Shown: piece by piece, positions 25,741 through 38,408 of the stretch
Layout of the letters: each line of letters opens with the position of its first letter
Position numbering within the stretch: the first letter of the stretch is position 1
Assembly: GCF_003704095.1 (NCBI RefSeq)
Contig: NW_020844837.1
Span: 496,001 to 560,000 of the forward strand
Reading direction: 5' to 3'
From: Pocillopora damicornis
Lineage: Eukaryota
Length of the DNA: 64,000 nucleotides
Made by a program: the position numbers and the translations under genes
Notes under the pieces: generated by a model
Databases searched by the model: none
What the model was told of the DNA's origin: nothing
What the model saw: the letters and a program-made list of their open reading frames with translations, nothing else

Positions 25741-28247
25741 CTATACCACTTGAAGTGGATCTGCATCATATGAAGAAACCAACACATTAACTTTCTCTTC
25801 TAACAACCCATTCAATTTTGTCTTAAATTCCAGTAAGAAACCACGTTCTGTGTTACTGTGTTCACACAAGACCACATGTACTCCATTTGACACTGCTTCT
25901 AGCACTTCGTGATGTGACATTTCTCCTGTCAAATAAACATCAGCCTTTGTTCCTTGCAGTAAACCAGCTCCTGACCCAGCACAGATTGCAATAGTCTGAA
26001 CATGGCTTTGCTGGGGGTCAGCTAGTTCAGGCATACCTAAATGTGCCGTAGCAAGACGAACATGTTTAAGGTTCAGGTGGTTTTTGATACGGTTTATCAA
26101 TTCTGACAGAGTAACTGGTGTCTGTAGTGTACAGAGTCTTCCTTGACCAGTTCCCAAAAGAGGAATCTGTGAAAAGTAACAGATCAATGTCAGTATCTGA
26201 GCAACTGTGTACCTACCCCTCCCCAAAGTCAAAATTAACCCTAAATTGCCATCAGTTGACTGGTGTTGGGTTAGGGAAGGGGTAGGTGTGCAGTTTCTCA
26301 GATACTGACATTGATTAAAGAAATTTCGAAAAGAAAAATCTATTGATCAAATTTGTTCCATGTCATGATATTTCAATTAAAACAAAAAGAAAAAATTATG
26401 TAACATTTCTATAAGCATGAAGCCTCAAAATAGTGATGGTTATCAGCTGCTAAGGTTTTGACAGGTATTAAACATATTTTGAACTAAAGGAAGGTTTTTA
26501 GTACTCCGGCAAACAACTGAAGGAAGGAAGAACAAGTACAGAAAAAAGGGAAGACTTCCTATGGGGAGTTCTTGCTTGAAGATACTGGTATGAAAACTAT
26601 TCAAGAGCTTAAAGTCATTGCAGAAGGTCATGAAGATTACGAAATGCATATGGAAGCTGAACATAGGGGTGCCCTGGTGGACAATCATTGAAAGAGAAAT
26701 GTAGATTTTAGCTCTGTCATTTGTTCTGAGTACTGCAAGTCACTGTGGAAGATCATGAAGATTAGAAAACATATTTAGAAGCTGTGCATGGAAATAGATA
26801 TATGGATTTAAGCTTTGTCAATTTTCTGAGCCCTGCAAGTCACTGTGGAAGACCATGAAGATTAGAAAACACATATGGAAGCTGTATATGGAAACAGATC
26901 TACAGATTCAAGCTTTGTCAGTTGTTCTGAGCAATGTTTAGCCCCACCTTAGCTAAAGGCATCACTTCTGTTTTACCAACAGTGTCAGGAAACTGAGAAG
27001 TCAACATCTGAAAAGCATTGACCAGGCCAGTCTCAGTGCAATGTAAGGAAATTGTCTCTGGTCTGTTAAGAACAAAAAAATACAATAAGCCTAAGCATTT
27101 ATTAATGAGAAAAATTGTGGAGGAGAACATTCCAAAAATGTTTTAAATATTTCACATTTCAAAACAAAATGACTCTTGAAACTGCCCTTAGCGGTTCACT
27201 ACTAATAAACGGCTGTTTCGAGCAAGGCTTTCAGAAAAAGGCACACAACCCCAAAAGGTAATCTTTCTTGCCCCAGGATTTCAGGGAAATCTGAGAAAAA
27301 TTCATTGCACGAAGAAGGCATCAAAGGTTTGATGACTTTATTCATTTGTACTATAAAAATTCATTGATTACCAGATACCCAGATTACCTTTTAAGGATGT
27401 CACATGAAATTTTGTCCTTTTTCCTGACAACCTTTCTCCAAACAGCTGTGTGTAACATGTATGCCTGAATAAGCTCATAGTTAGGGCCACACTCATTAAG
27501 TATTAGAGGGGAATCTCTTGGAAAGGTGGGCTGAACTTAAAGGGGAATAGGAAATTCTTTACCCTCCTAAACACATGTTAAACAAACAACCCCTCTCCTC
27601 CTCCCCCATCTAATTATTCAGATGGTCAAAACATACTTTGTTACAGCCTCCACCTCAATCCTTTCTACTCCATCGAGTCCTTTGAGGGTGTCTTGAAGCT
27701 TTAGTAAACTTTCTCCCTCCTGATTGGTCAACATACTTGTCAATACTTTGTACTGACAAGAACCAGATCCTTTTGAACATTGAAGGGGTTCCACCTTTGC
27801 ACTTCCCAGACCTGAAGCGAGCCAGTCGTTCACGCCATTTTTAACCGCATCAAAAGCTGTATGCGGAGAGTACACAGCTATTTTATTCTCTATCATTTTC
27901 ACAATAATTCTTTCCTTGAACGTTTTCGAAGTGAGACGTTTAAGTGGCTTAAATATCGGCGGGTGATAGGATATAACCATATTTACTCCTTTTTCAATAG
28001 CTTCTTGTACTACTTTTTCAGTTAAATCGTTAGTAAGAAGAAGTGATTTTACAAAATGAGGTTGGGATGGTTCGACGAGTAAGCCCACGTTGTCCCATTC
28101 TTCAGCTAGCTGTAGTGGCGCAAACTCGTGCAGCTTTTTCACGACGTCTTTGAGATCCATCGAACTGTAATAACGAGATCTCGACAGACTTATACTACTC
28201 AAAATTCTTCGAGAGAATATAGAAGACCTTGTGATTAGAAAGATCAT
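25741..28247 (-). CDS. NIF3L1: NIF3-like protein 1 (DUF34/NIF3 family)
   Basis: Exons 28247 (or 28160)-27637, 27062-26948, 26166-25741. Motifs LAEEWDNVGLL, LLTNDLTE, SYHPPIF, YSPHTAFD, GVNDWL, CAGSG, TGEMSHH, EHSNTERGFL, DPL. Confidence 0.96.
26182..26315. mobile_element. ~134-bp palindromic MITE; other copies at 48182-48316 and 55363-55493
   Basis: TIRs atcaatgtcagtatctgagcaactg and cagtttctcagatactgacattgat, with cccctcccc/ggggtagg inner arms. Three copies occur in the window. Confidence 0.85.
26690..26932. repeat. Tandem repeat with 100-bp period (~2.4 copies) in NIF3L1 intron 2
   Basis: gcaagtcactgtggaaga occurs at 26735 and 26835. agct(c/t)tgtca occurs three times about 100 bp apart. 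Confidence 0.9.
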
Positions 28248-28374
28248 GTGTTCTTGATCGCTTAATCTCACTAGACGATGAGGTTTGAAACCACCATATT
28301 GAAGAAGAGCAAATGATAAGATACTGGATCGAGCTAAATTTTGTCAGCGGTAGATGCCATTGCACCGTGGCAAG
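28248..28374. promoter_or_regulatory. Very compact bidirectional promoter between NIF3L1 and RUSF1
   Basis: Divergent ATGs at 28247 (minus) and 28375 (plus). A YY1-type caagATGGCG overlaps the RUSF1 start. Confidence 0.75.
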
Positions 28375-31300
28375 ATGGCGGATGAATTTGTAGTTGCTAC
28401 GGAAAAGTATGGATCGGGCAGCATAGAGAGAAAATATAGATTTTCTACCGAAAGTGGAAATATAGAAAGAATAGGAAGGAAGAGAGATTCTGCAGCTACC
28501 TCAGTGCAGCAGTTTTTCAAGGTATGTCAGCTGTGTTGGCCTCGCAACTACAAAGGAGGCCAAAGTACTCTCAAGCCGTTAGTCCCCATTGATTTAAGAT
28601 TGAGAGCCAATTTGAGGCAGATTTTAGAGTAATAGGACATTAGAAGCTCTCACCAAGATCTCATGATTCCCAGAAAAAGAATGAAATACTGCATGCCTGG
28701 TTACAAGGGGATCAACAAGTTAATTACCCAACGCTTCTCGGAGAAACAAGAACTTGGTCGAAAGAAAACAAGGCAGGCATCTGTATTTTGAGCTCATTTT
28801 ATTCCGAATACTGGTAAGAATAGGTAAGCAGAGGATGACAAAAGGAGCAATTTCCATGTTGCAAAACTTACAAGGACAACAAAGATTGTGCTATGAACTG
28901 GTGGGACAGAAGGGGGGTGGGGGAGAGGGAGGTGGGGGAGAGGGGGGTGGGGGAGAGGGAGGTGGGGAAGAGGGAGGTGATTACTTAACCCTCTCCCATT
29001 GCAGGCTGTATGAAATTTGTCAGGACAGTTGTTGGTGAAGGAATGCACAACATGAAATATTAGACAGGAGATCTCAAAAATTCTCAAATATGCTTTGAGC
29101 AGAATTGTTGAAAGAAATGATGAAAGCTAAATACTTAGTATCAGGTTGAAATCTCCAGGGAAAAAAAGCTTCACACAACATAATTTAAACGTTGATTAAT
29201 GTATATAATGTGGATAAGAGACTGGCTGTATCTTTTGTAGTCTGCCTTTCTTCCACAAGGCTACCCAGACAGTGTCAGCAAAGATTACTTGGAATACCAA
29301 ATATGGGATACTATGCAGGTAATTCAGGCTATCTGTTTTTGTTCATCTATCTCTCTTGCTCATTATTCCTTCCTTCTTCCAAAATAACAAAATAAAATGT
29401 AAATTTCCCTCTCTGGAGACAGTTCCCCTTAGTATCCCAAACCATCTCTTAACCTTTTAGCTCCCAAAATATGCTCCCTTTTAGCTATTACACATTTACT
29501 TGTAAATTATTACAAGAATTTGATGTTACAACTAGATGACAACCTCTACCTGATGAGTTTTTGTACTCTCATTTACCTATTTGCTGGATGAGGTATGAAT
29601 ACTGTAGGGAGAAGTTACATGTTAGTCACTTCTGGGAGTTTATGGGTTAACTTTGCAATAAGGTGGATCAATACCCATGGTTGCTTCATTAGCCAAGAAA
29701 AGATGATTGTTTCTGCTATGGAAGGTCAATAAAACACTGTAATTCATGTTTAAAGCTGTAAAGCAGAAAAAAAAATGGATGCTGACTTGTTTTACCTGTA
29801 TGTTAGGCTTTTTGTTCTTCAATAACTGGTACCCTCGCCACACAAGCCATGTTGAAGGGTTATGGTGTTGGGGATGAAAAAGCTACAGCCATGGCAGCAA
29901 CCATGACATGGATTTTAAGAAGTGAGATATTTAACAATAAGTCATATTCCAGTTAGGATGTTTGATGAGAGTAGCATGTAAGCTGGACACTTGATACATA
30001 TATGCACCAGTCGCATGCCCTATTTCATCTGAGATGACTTTTGTTATGTTTCATGTGTGAACTTGTCTTAATCCTTTGTCTCCAGAGATCTGATTGTTAA
30101 TTCTTCATTCTAGCTCCTACACATCACCTTGTAAACTAGTTACAAGAATTTGGTGTTTGATCAAGATAACAGTTTCTACCTGACATGTTTGAGTATTCTC
30201 ATTGCCTGTTTGCTGGATAATGTATGGGTATTATAAGGAGAAATTACATGTTGATCACTTTTTTCCCTTCCCTCCCAGCTTTTTGTGGGTTATGTTTCCT
30301 TTTTTTTTTTTTTATATTTTGTGCACTGAAAGTAAACTTCTTTCCTATAGATTCATATGGTTGTTTTTATGAGTTCTATTGAAGAAAGATTTGTGTATCT
30401 AAACTTTAAATAGGAGAATTTGATATATTTTTAACTGTTTATATTTTAATGTTGGCATGGATTTTTTTTCAGGTGGGACAGGCATGGTGGGAAGCATTCT
30501 ATTTGCATGGTTCCAAGGGTATGAAGACTTTGACTTTGTACACGTTACCTTGGGAGAGCAATGAAAAAGGACCTGAGTTACTCTTGTCAACTTCTCCCTT
30601 TGTCTTGCTAGGAAACTTAAGACAGCCTGACATTCACCAGCAGTATATCAACCTTAAATTTGGGTGCTTTTTCCAGGCACCTCTTAAACTCAAGTTTTCT
30701 AAGTATGTGGGAAGGGAACCATTATTGTAATTGTAACAAGCTATTTTTCACACTGTGTTTATGTTATATCTATTTAGGAGTAATTTGGATTGTAATGCAA
30801 AGAAATGGAGGTATGCCATATGAAAGGACAGACCAATGATGTTGCTGTTCTCTAATATATATTTTTTTGCTTAATCAGTATGATTTGTCTTTGGGAGATG
30901 CAGCATGATCAGTGTGCTGGACTCTGGGTTGAGAGGTCTGGTTTCTAGCCCTGATGGACTCACTCTTTTATGTTGTTGGAGGTCACACTTTACTCTCACT
31001 CCCAGTCCCTCTCTCCACCAAGGAGTATAAATGAATATGTTTGAATTGTCAGCTAAGTGCTAAGGGATAACTTTGGATGGATATTAGCGTCTCATCCAAA
31101 GGAGAGGGAGTAAATGTACTTATGATTGCTTGCCAGGAGGAAATTATTTGAGCAATTATAGTATGTGGGCTATTTTGCTTCAAATGTTTAACCATGACTT
31201 ATATGCATTTTATAAATGAATATAAACCTTTTAGATATTTCTGAGTGCTGCTCTTAGGTATAAGTTTTACTAATTAATAATGATATTTTAAATTAATGGT

Positions 31301-34300
31301 TATTTTTTATAATTTTGAGGAAGTCATAAAATTTTACATTATCTACAGATTGTTTGCTGATATTCTGAATGACACATCAATTCTGATAGAGATGTTGGCA
31401 CCATTATTTAAAACATATTTCACTTTTCTGGCATGTTTATCAAGTATATCAAAGGTAATGATCACATTTCGTAATATTTTTTCTCTTATCACTTCCTGTT
31501 ATGGCAATGTCAGTAACAATGTAAGCAGTTTTTGGTAATCTCATTTTTCTTTGTGATGGGGTGTGGAATTGGAACCCAGTCCATTGTGGGTGTGGCAGGA
31601 GGTGCCACAAGAGCTGCTATGACTCAGCACCAGGCTAGAAGGGACAATATGGCTGATGTTGCTGCTAAAGATGGAAGCCAGGTAATACATTTTGTACTTG
31701 TAAAAGCCCTATTGTTTTTATGCAATCGTATTAGCAAACTGTAGAAGAGGTATCTTTGCAATCCTGAGATGATTTTAATTATTTACTGGTTACTTAGTGA
31801 ACAATGTACTCTGAATTGGTAATTTTTTTATTTATATATAATTGAAAGCAAATTTACTAATCTTATGCTCATTATTCACTCAGGAAACTTTAGTAAATTT
31901 GATGGCACTAATAGCTGGTCTGATCATCACACCTTTGGTCTCAGGAAACCCTTTGTAAGTCTAAAAACTCATCCTTACAAAAATAATATAGTTGAATCCC
32001 AATTTTATTTCTAGAGGAACAAGTTCACTCCTTCACTTTTTCCTACCACTCTAACTGAATGACAAATTTTGTTTGAGAGCTTTTGTAATTTGTAACCATC
32101 TATCTTTGATACTTAACAAGTTCAGTTGTGGCTGCTGAAAGTTGTATGGATGTCCAAACCCAACGACTTTTATAAGTATTGCCAGACTTTGCTTCTGTCA
32201 TCATATCAAAGGTTAATTTCTCTGAGAAGTCATGTTAGCGACTGAGAGGAACAGAGAGAAATGTTTATCCCTTTTACACCATGATATTAATATTGATATT
32301 CTCCATACTGTTATCTTTGCATTTCCTATGGTTCTGACAAGGAGAATTTGTTTGACAATCACAAGCTTCTTTAGTTTGCAATCATTTTCCCTATTTTTAT
32401 GACCTTAACATTTGATTCAGCTGTTGTACTTTTTACAAAAATTAGATCCTAGTAACTCCCAAGGAATAAAGGATTTTGATAATTATTTAGAAACTTAAGT
32501 TCATTCTTTCTTGTCAATGGATTATATAAATTTTGGTATTTCTTTTAACTTCAGCTTAACTTGGACTTTGTTCTTCATCTTCACATTTCTTCACCTTTAT
32601 GCAAATTTCCGAGCTGTGTCATCTGTTGTCATGGAAACAATTAGTCTGTCTCGCTTGCACCTTCTGGTCACTGAGTTCCTGTCAACAGGGCACATAATGA
32701 CTCCGCAGGAAGTGGGCAACAGGGAACCTGTTATATTTGGTAAATGTCTGCAAAGAAATGTGAATGCCAGGTCTACTAATGATTCTGTGATTGTTCTATG
32801 AAGTTTAACATGATGATGAAATAAGCATGTTTCTATATTTCTCAGGTCATAACACAGGGGAATGTCTGAGAATTCATTTAGGGACAGAATTTGTTTCTGT
32901 CATAAATAGGTATAGTTACTTCCTTATTTTTCAGACTTAAAAATGGGAATGTTATATTGTGTGGTTTGTTTAACTTGTCTTCTCTTCAGACAAACAAAAC
33001 ATTGTTTTGTATCTTTCAGTGTTAACGATCTTGATGCTGCATTACCAAACTCTGAAAGCACTATGTATATTATGAAACTGACATTAAATCAAGGAAGAAA
33101 TTCAGGTGATTTTCCCTGACATTCAAGCTTTTGCTTGTGCAAGATTTGAGTATCATAAATAGCCAGTGTGGCCACTAATTTTCAAACCAAAAATTCAAGA
33201 TTGTAATGTTGTTGTTTATCCTAAATCTTCTTTTCTAACTGCCATTCTAATCAAGGTGCTGTTCATGTAGCATTACATGAAGATTCCAATGCCACAGATC
33301 ATCTTCAGAGCTGTTTCCAAGCCTGTTCTCTTGATTATGTTATACGCACAAAACCACATATCAAAAGGGTAATTATATTTTGGCATTACATTATGTTAGT
33401 TAGTACTCATTCTGAGGCAAGATCATGGTCACAGATTCTTATTACAACTCTCAGTAGTATAGTATAAGGCAGGATGCTGAGTCACATAAGACTTGGTATG
33501 TAATGCAGGTTACCTTCAAGCTCCCTGTGGCTTAGTAGTAGAACATCAGAGCATACATCCAAATGTCTGGGATTCAACTCCATGTAGGTGCCCTCAAATT
33601 TTTCTTTATACCTGTGACAAAGCCAATGACATCTTTCTTTTGATGACTAAACTCAACCATTGTTCTCATTTTATACAATGACCAAGACACTGCCATCAAA
33701 ATTACCGAAAATGTAAAAAGACTATCCTGTCACAGGAGAAAATTTAGGTGCCAAGAACTTTTCAAATCAGGCAATAAACATGTGCTAATGTGATTGCTTC
33801 TATGAACAGTAGCAAGCTCTACATGGTAGTGTTTTGTTATGTACTGTTATCATTGTACAATTCAAAGGGGAACAAATCTTATTTTACCTGAAATATTTGC
33901 TCTAAAAGGTTTTTGGTGATTCTGATGGAGGTCAAAGAGCACTGGAGGCCTTACATAATTTTTGGTGGCAAGGTAGGCTCATGAAAATCCACTAAAAACT
34001 ATTTTGCAATTCATGAAAATAATAGTGATAACTTTCAACTATGACACATGTTCACGCCATTATTGTATTGTTACATTTACTTGTAACATTAGAGGGTGAA
34101 ATGCATTTAATTTCTCATGTTACTCTGTTACTTGAAGTTGGTAATCAATAACAGCAATAACTTAGCTGAAAATTAATTTGACTATCCTCATGTGTCATTT
34201 TATTTTTATTTGATCTGCATTAAAGAGTGATGTTTTAATCCTTACCATGTGATCTATATTTGAACAATGTTTTCTTTTCATGTTTACTGTGGGAGAAAAG

Positions 34301-34677
34301 AGAGGGAGAGGGAGGGGATGGTAAAGTCCAAAGAGTGTTGTATATCATTCTTTAGTTCACTTAACTCTGCATCTGATCCAAAACTAGCTGCAACTTGGAT
34401 TTGTAATTTCTTGGTCTTATCTTTTACTAGACAGAACTTTTAAGATTGTCCTAATCTTTTTATTATTAATATTATTATTATTGCAGAAAGGAACCACTTG
34501 TCCGACTGCTCATGGGATTTAGTAGCACTAGCCCATAATTTTACTCTGCAGGCATTCCCAGCATTCCTCAAGGGTCTTGAAGAGGCTGGCTGGGTAACCT
34601 CACGGACACATCTTGGCCCAGATGAATGGCGGGCAGTTTGGAATGTGAGGGGAATAGAATTTAAGAAAAGTCTCTAA
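28375..34677 (+). CDS. RUSF1: RUS family member 1 (C16orf58, DUF647)
   Basis: 14 exons: 28375-28521, 29241-29318, 29807-29921, 30473-30518, 30778-30810, 31349-31454, 31580-31681, 31884-31954, 32555-32739, 32846-32909, 33020-33105, 33256-33368, 33909-33972, 34487-34677. Motifs FLPQGYPDSVSKDYLEYQIWD, AKKWRLFADILND, VGVAGGATRAAMTQHQARRDNMADVAAKDGSQET, HLYANFRAV, GPDEWR. Confidence 0.95.
28912..28978 (+). repeat. G-rich 15-bp tandem repeat (GGTGGGGGAGAGGGA-like, ~4 copies) in RUSF1 intron 1
   Basis: Read directly from sequence; contains many G-runs of 3 or more. Confidence 0.85.
30893..31170 (+). mobile_element. Decayed tRNA-derived SINE in a RUSF1 intron
   Basis: tRNA-like head (tgctggactctggg...ggtttctagccctg) followed by the cactttactctcac...ctctctccacca.ggagtataaatg core seen in invertebrate SINEs. 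Confidence 0.6.
32264..32478. mobile_element. TTAA-CCC-ended MITE, subfamily C; second copy at 63066-63277 and a related one at ~43220-43410
   Basis: Shared attctccatactgtt...ctgacaaggagaatttg...agcttct...tcattt...atgacct...attagat.ctagt.actc. The 63066 copy ends in aggttaa. Confidence 0.75.
33515..33678 (+). repeat. Decayed tRNA-like repeat or SINE relic
   Basis: gtggcttagtagtagaacatc and ggattcaactcc resemble degenerate A and B boxes. No intact cloverleaf is visible. Confidence 0.4.
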
Positions 34678-35156
34678 CAAAATAGATACAATTGTTTTCA
34701 AACCAACTGTTCGTGTCTGTTAACCAAAAAAAATATTGCTTTATCTCTGTATAAGTAGATAGGGAAGTATGTAAGGAAATAAAGTATTTAATATGTGGTT
34801 GGAAAATTTATGGATAGTTTAATTAGCATGTATTTTATTTTTTCATCACAGAAGAGGAAATAAAATTATTACACAGTTTTACCTGCATGGCAAAGTTTGA
34901 TTCATGGAGATTGTAGTGTGATGTCTTACTTGCCTTCTTGTCTCAATCCCCCACGAGTAATATCCACTGCAATGTCCACATTAACAATTTTTTTCCAAGT
35001 TGAGCAGCTCATAATTACTTTGATTTACATTTGGCAGATAACTAATATTTGCAACAATTTTTGTGTCTGAGGAATTTTTTTTACTGTCAGTAAGTTACCA
35101 ACCTCGTACATCAGACCCAAACATGTGAAAGCCAAAATCTCCAGGTATCTAGGTTA

Positions 35157-35217
35157 CGGATACGAGAAACGGGATACGAGAAACGGGATACGAGATACGA
35201 GAGAAGGAAAACGGGAC
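35157..35217 (+). repeat. Short tandem repeat (CGGGATACGAGAAA, ~3.5 copies) upstream of the orphan ORF
   Basis: cggatacgagaaa cgggatacgagaaa cgggatacgaga tacgaga...aaacgggacg read directly. Confidence 0.85.
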
Positions 35218-35429
35218 GCTTCGGGCGGATAGACCGAAACAAGAATTGTCTCGCTCCAGGCTCTTTGGAAGAGTTTGTTTTGAAAAGAACATGGCGGTTT
35301 AAAGTGCTTCTTTGACAACTCTGAATAGACCTCTTGTCTACGTGTGTTTTACAAGAGGAAAAGACGAAATACTTCTTTTCCAGGTAAAGAAAGAGGAAGG
35401 CACTGGTTTTTCAAGAGATCCGTTAACAA

Positions 35430-36332
35430 ATGAGAGGAGCCACTATGAACGGAGGTGTCAGTAAACGAAAAGGAAACCGAGGCAAGATGGTCACTAGGAA
35501 CAGATTAAAGCTGGAGAAGCTAAGAGAGTCTTTACATTGTCTCAGTCTAGAAGAGGAACAAGTGGAGACGACAAGGAGCAAATTGCGCGGTGATGGGCCA
35601 ACTTTACGAGTTTTGTTGCACGATTTAGCTGTTCCAGTCGGTTCACATGGAATTAGAGTACAAATTCATAGCGGTAACTGTTGTACGAATTCCTCAGGAG
35701 ATGTAAAGGAGAATAGCTGGCTTACGCAACGAGGAGAGACACTAGATATGACAGAAAATCAAATTACTTCAGAGAAATGTGATAGGTATGAATGTCGTCC
35801 AAATACGTTGTCTACTTGCTCAGACAAAGAAAAACAAGATAATAATACGAGCCAAACTCGTGTGAGTTACACTTCCGCCTGCAAGGCAAGTCTGAAAGAG
35901 ACAAGCCCCAAGAGGAAATTTGACGGTAGTGAAAAAGAGACTAAGCTTAAAAATTTCAAGGGATCATCGTCGAGATTCAAGTGGGAAACGCTAGGGCAGT
36001 TGAGCTCTATTTCAAATGTGCAATTTTCAAGTGTTCCTGATGAAGGTACTCGTATAGCAATCAACAATGACCACAACTCACCCTCCCCTCCCAACAGTCC
36101 TCTGTATGACATGCCATCTCCCTCTACTCCAGCACAGAAGCAGGCAAGAAGAGCAAAACACCAGCTTCAATTAGAAAGATGGAGGAAGTATGATGTGTCA
36201 AGGTCACGACAGGAGCGATATAAAAAAAGGAATCAACAAATATCAGAAATGACCTTGTCTGTAGATTCTAGACACATACAATGGAGCCATGATTTAGTGC
36301 AGACTGTCTATATTGATGATGAATTTGAATGA
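35430..36332 (+). CDS. Uncharacterised 300-aa intronless protein, largely disordered, with a C-terminal RVxF-type motif
   Basis: 903-bp ORF in AT-rich DNA with start context acaaATG. It sits behind a CpG-containing promoter-like region with aacATGGCGG (YY1-like) at ~35288. No recognisable domain. Confidence 0.75.
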   Translation: MRGATMNGGVSKRKGNRGKMVTRNRLKLEKLRESLHCLSLEEEQVETTRSKLRGDGPTLRVLLHDLAVPVGSHGIRVQIHSGNCCTNSSGDVKENSWLTQRGETLDMTENQITSEKCDRYECRPNTLSTCSDKEKQDNNTSQTRVSYTSACKASLKETSPKRKFDGSEKETKLKNFKGSSSRFKWETLGQLSSISNVQFSSVPDEGTRIAINNDHNSPSPPNSPLYDMPSPSTPAQKQARRAKHQLQLERWRKYDVSRSRQERYKKRNQQISEMTLSVDSRHIQWSHDLVQTVYIDDEFE

Positions 36333-38408
36333 AGGAATAGTGATCTCATGATCTCGTGATTTCACAGATTTCTTTTTCCATTAGCTTGTACGCTTCTTGA
36401 AGAAAGTTGACATCTGTGGGACATTTGGCCAAATGCAGACTGAGCCACAACAAATGTGAATACTATATTTCATAGTTTTTCATTTTCATGCATGGAGATA
36501 AACAATGCACAGATTGGGCTGACATGTTAACATCCCAAGTGGGATCATGTGATGATTCCCTAAGTGAGGTTCCAGGTTACAGTCATTATGCACTTTGTCA
36601 CATTCAGCCAAGTGCATGAGTGTTTACAATCATAACAATTGTCACCTTGAAAAAAGAACCATCAATTTATCTGAAATGGGAGGTAAGGAGGATTTTAGAC
36701 TTTTCAGCAATGCCCAACTGGCACCTGATCAACTGAGATATCTTCAAATTTTTTTCATGGAGCCTGCATGGGTACTGAGTAGTTCTCTGTTCTCAATAAT
36801 GAATTCAATTTCCTTTAACATTTGTTCCATTTGCATTAAGATAATCTGGCAAAACCAACAATTTGCATTCCAATTTTTCAAGTCATTTCCATGCCTGAAA
36901 AAGTTTAATTTGGGTGTTACTGTTGTATTCATTACACTGTTCTTTTATTTTGTGTTCCATGATCACAGATTGCTTTGAGTCAGTTAATCTACAATGTAGT
37001 TGTGTTGGAGAACTTAATTTCAGGAAAAAATAAAGACTTTGTTTTGTTGATAAGATAACAACCATTGACTCATTTGATTGTTCATTCAAGAGGTTCTTTG
37101 TTTCATGAAACAGAATAAGCCTATATTGCTATGTACTGTGCCAAGTGGTAATCATCCCACTTAACAAAAATAAACAGTTCTGTTTCAATGACAGACCAAT
37201 GCCTGAGCATTTTCCCCACTAAATAGAAGCTCTAGTAAGAGTTTGCATTCACTGGCAAGTGAAAAATCAGTGATTTAAATTTTTGAATTTCTGACCTCTT
37301 TGGTTTAATCTTTGGTAAGAGAGGAGAAATTTGAATCATGCTTGTTGGTTTTATTCAATCATTATTATATGTACTAACTCAAAACAAAATATCTGATAAA
37401 TTATGTACACACCTCTATGCATGTACATGTATTTATTTTTTGTTCATTCAGGGAAATGTTTAAACAAGCTGACCCACTTCAGTTGCAAGTGGGTTTGAAT
37501 AGGGCTTCAGTTTCACAAGATTTACATTCTGTGATAAAAACTCTCTTCTTGAACAAGTATTACAAACAGTACACGTAGACAATGTTAAAATTAGCTCTTC
37601 TGAATAACATCCTTGAATGGAAAGAAAAATACTTCCTTTACTAATTAAACAATTTTTAATCAAGTTGGGTAAAATTTTTGATAACTAGCTAAGTATTTTC
37701 ACCATGAAATACTTAAGGTCAATCAAAAATATATCATCTGCCATAAATAATACTAATATTTATGATTAACAAAAAAACCTTTGGACTATTTACAGTCAAC
37801 AACTTCATGGTAGAAGCTCACAATTAGGGATTATCACAAATGTGCTGAGAGGGAGTCGACCATTAGCAGTGAAATGGCCAAAACAATTAGCTGTTTGGCA
37901 TAAAAATTGACATATTTTAATAACTGGTTGTAAAAAAAGTCAACTGCAAAAAAAAAAAAATTTCTAATGACAGATATCATTACCATTAGCCATACATTGG
38001 CCAAAATTTTAACCATTAGCCTTAAAAGCCATCATCCCATTGAGACCCTCAGCTAATGGCGATTGTTCTTAAGTACCATTTCAGATTTGAACTACAGAGT
38101 AAAAAGACCACTAAGCAGTTTAGAGTTGTGTGTGCTGACAAAACATTCCCAATTGCAAACTCTGGTTATAAAAAAAGAGGTTCCAAACCCTCGCCAGATT
38201 TCAGACCTAAAAGGAATAGCTGATTGCAGAAATCTAAAGCAAGTTTCCAATAAACTGGGAACACAGGATTTAGTAGCATATGCTGGTACCCATGTGCTTG
38301 CCAATGTAAGGGAGTACACTGGAGAAACTGCAAGCACATTCAAGTCTAGATCATATGGAACAAAATTCCCAGTATAGCTTAAGAATTAATTAGGAATGAT
38401 GAACCAAC

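Noticed and set aside
26690-26932. CRISPR-like array
   Set aside because: Whole 100-bp units repeat with no unique spacers, and the context is a eukaryotic intron.
28754-29087. Gly-rich and Pro/His-rich ORFs
   Set aside because: Artefacts of the G-rich minisatellite in RUSF1 intron 1.
33515-33600. tRNA gene
   Set aside because: A and B boxes are degenerate and no cloverleaf can be drawn; treated as a SINE-like relic.
36595-37089. Short ORFs between the orphan gene and the WD40 gene
   Set aside because: No recognisable motifs or consistent splice structure; probably 3' UTR or intergenic.
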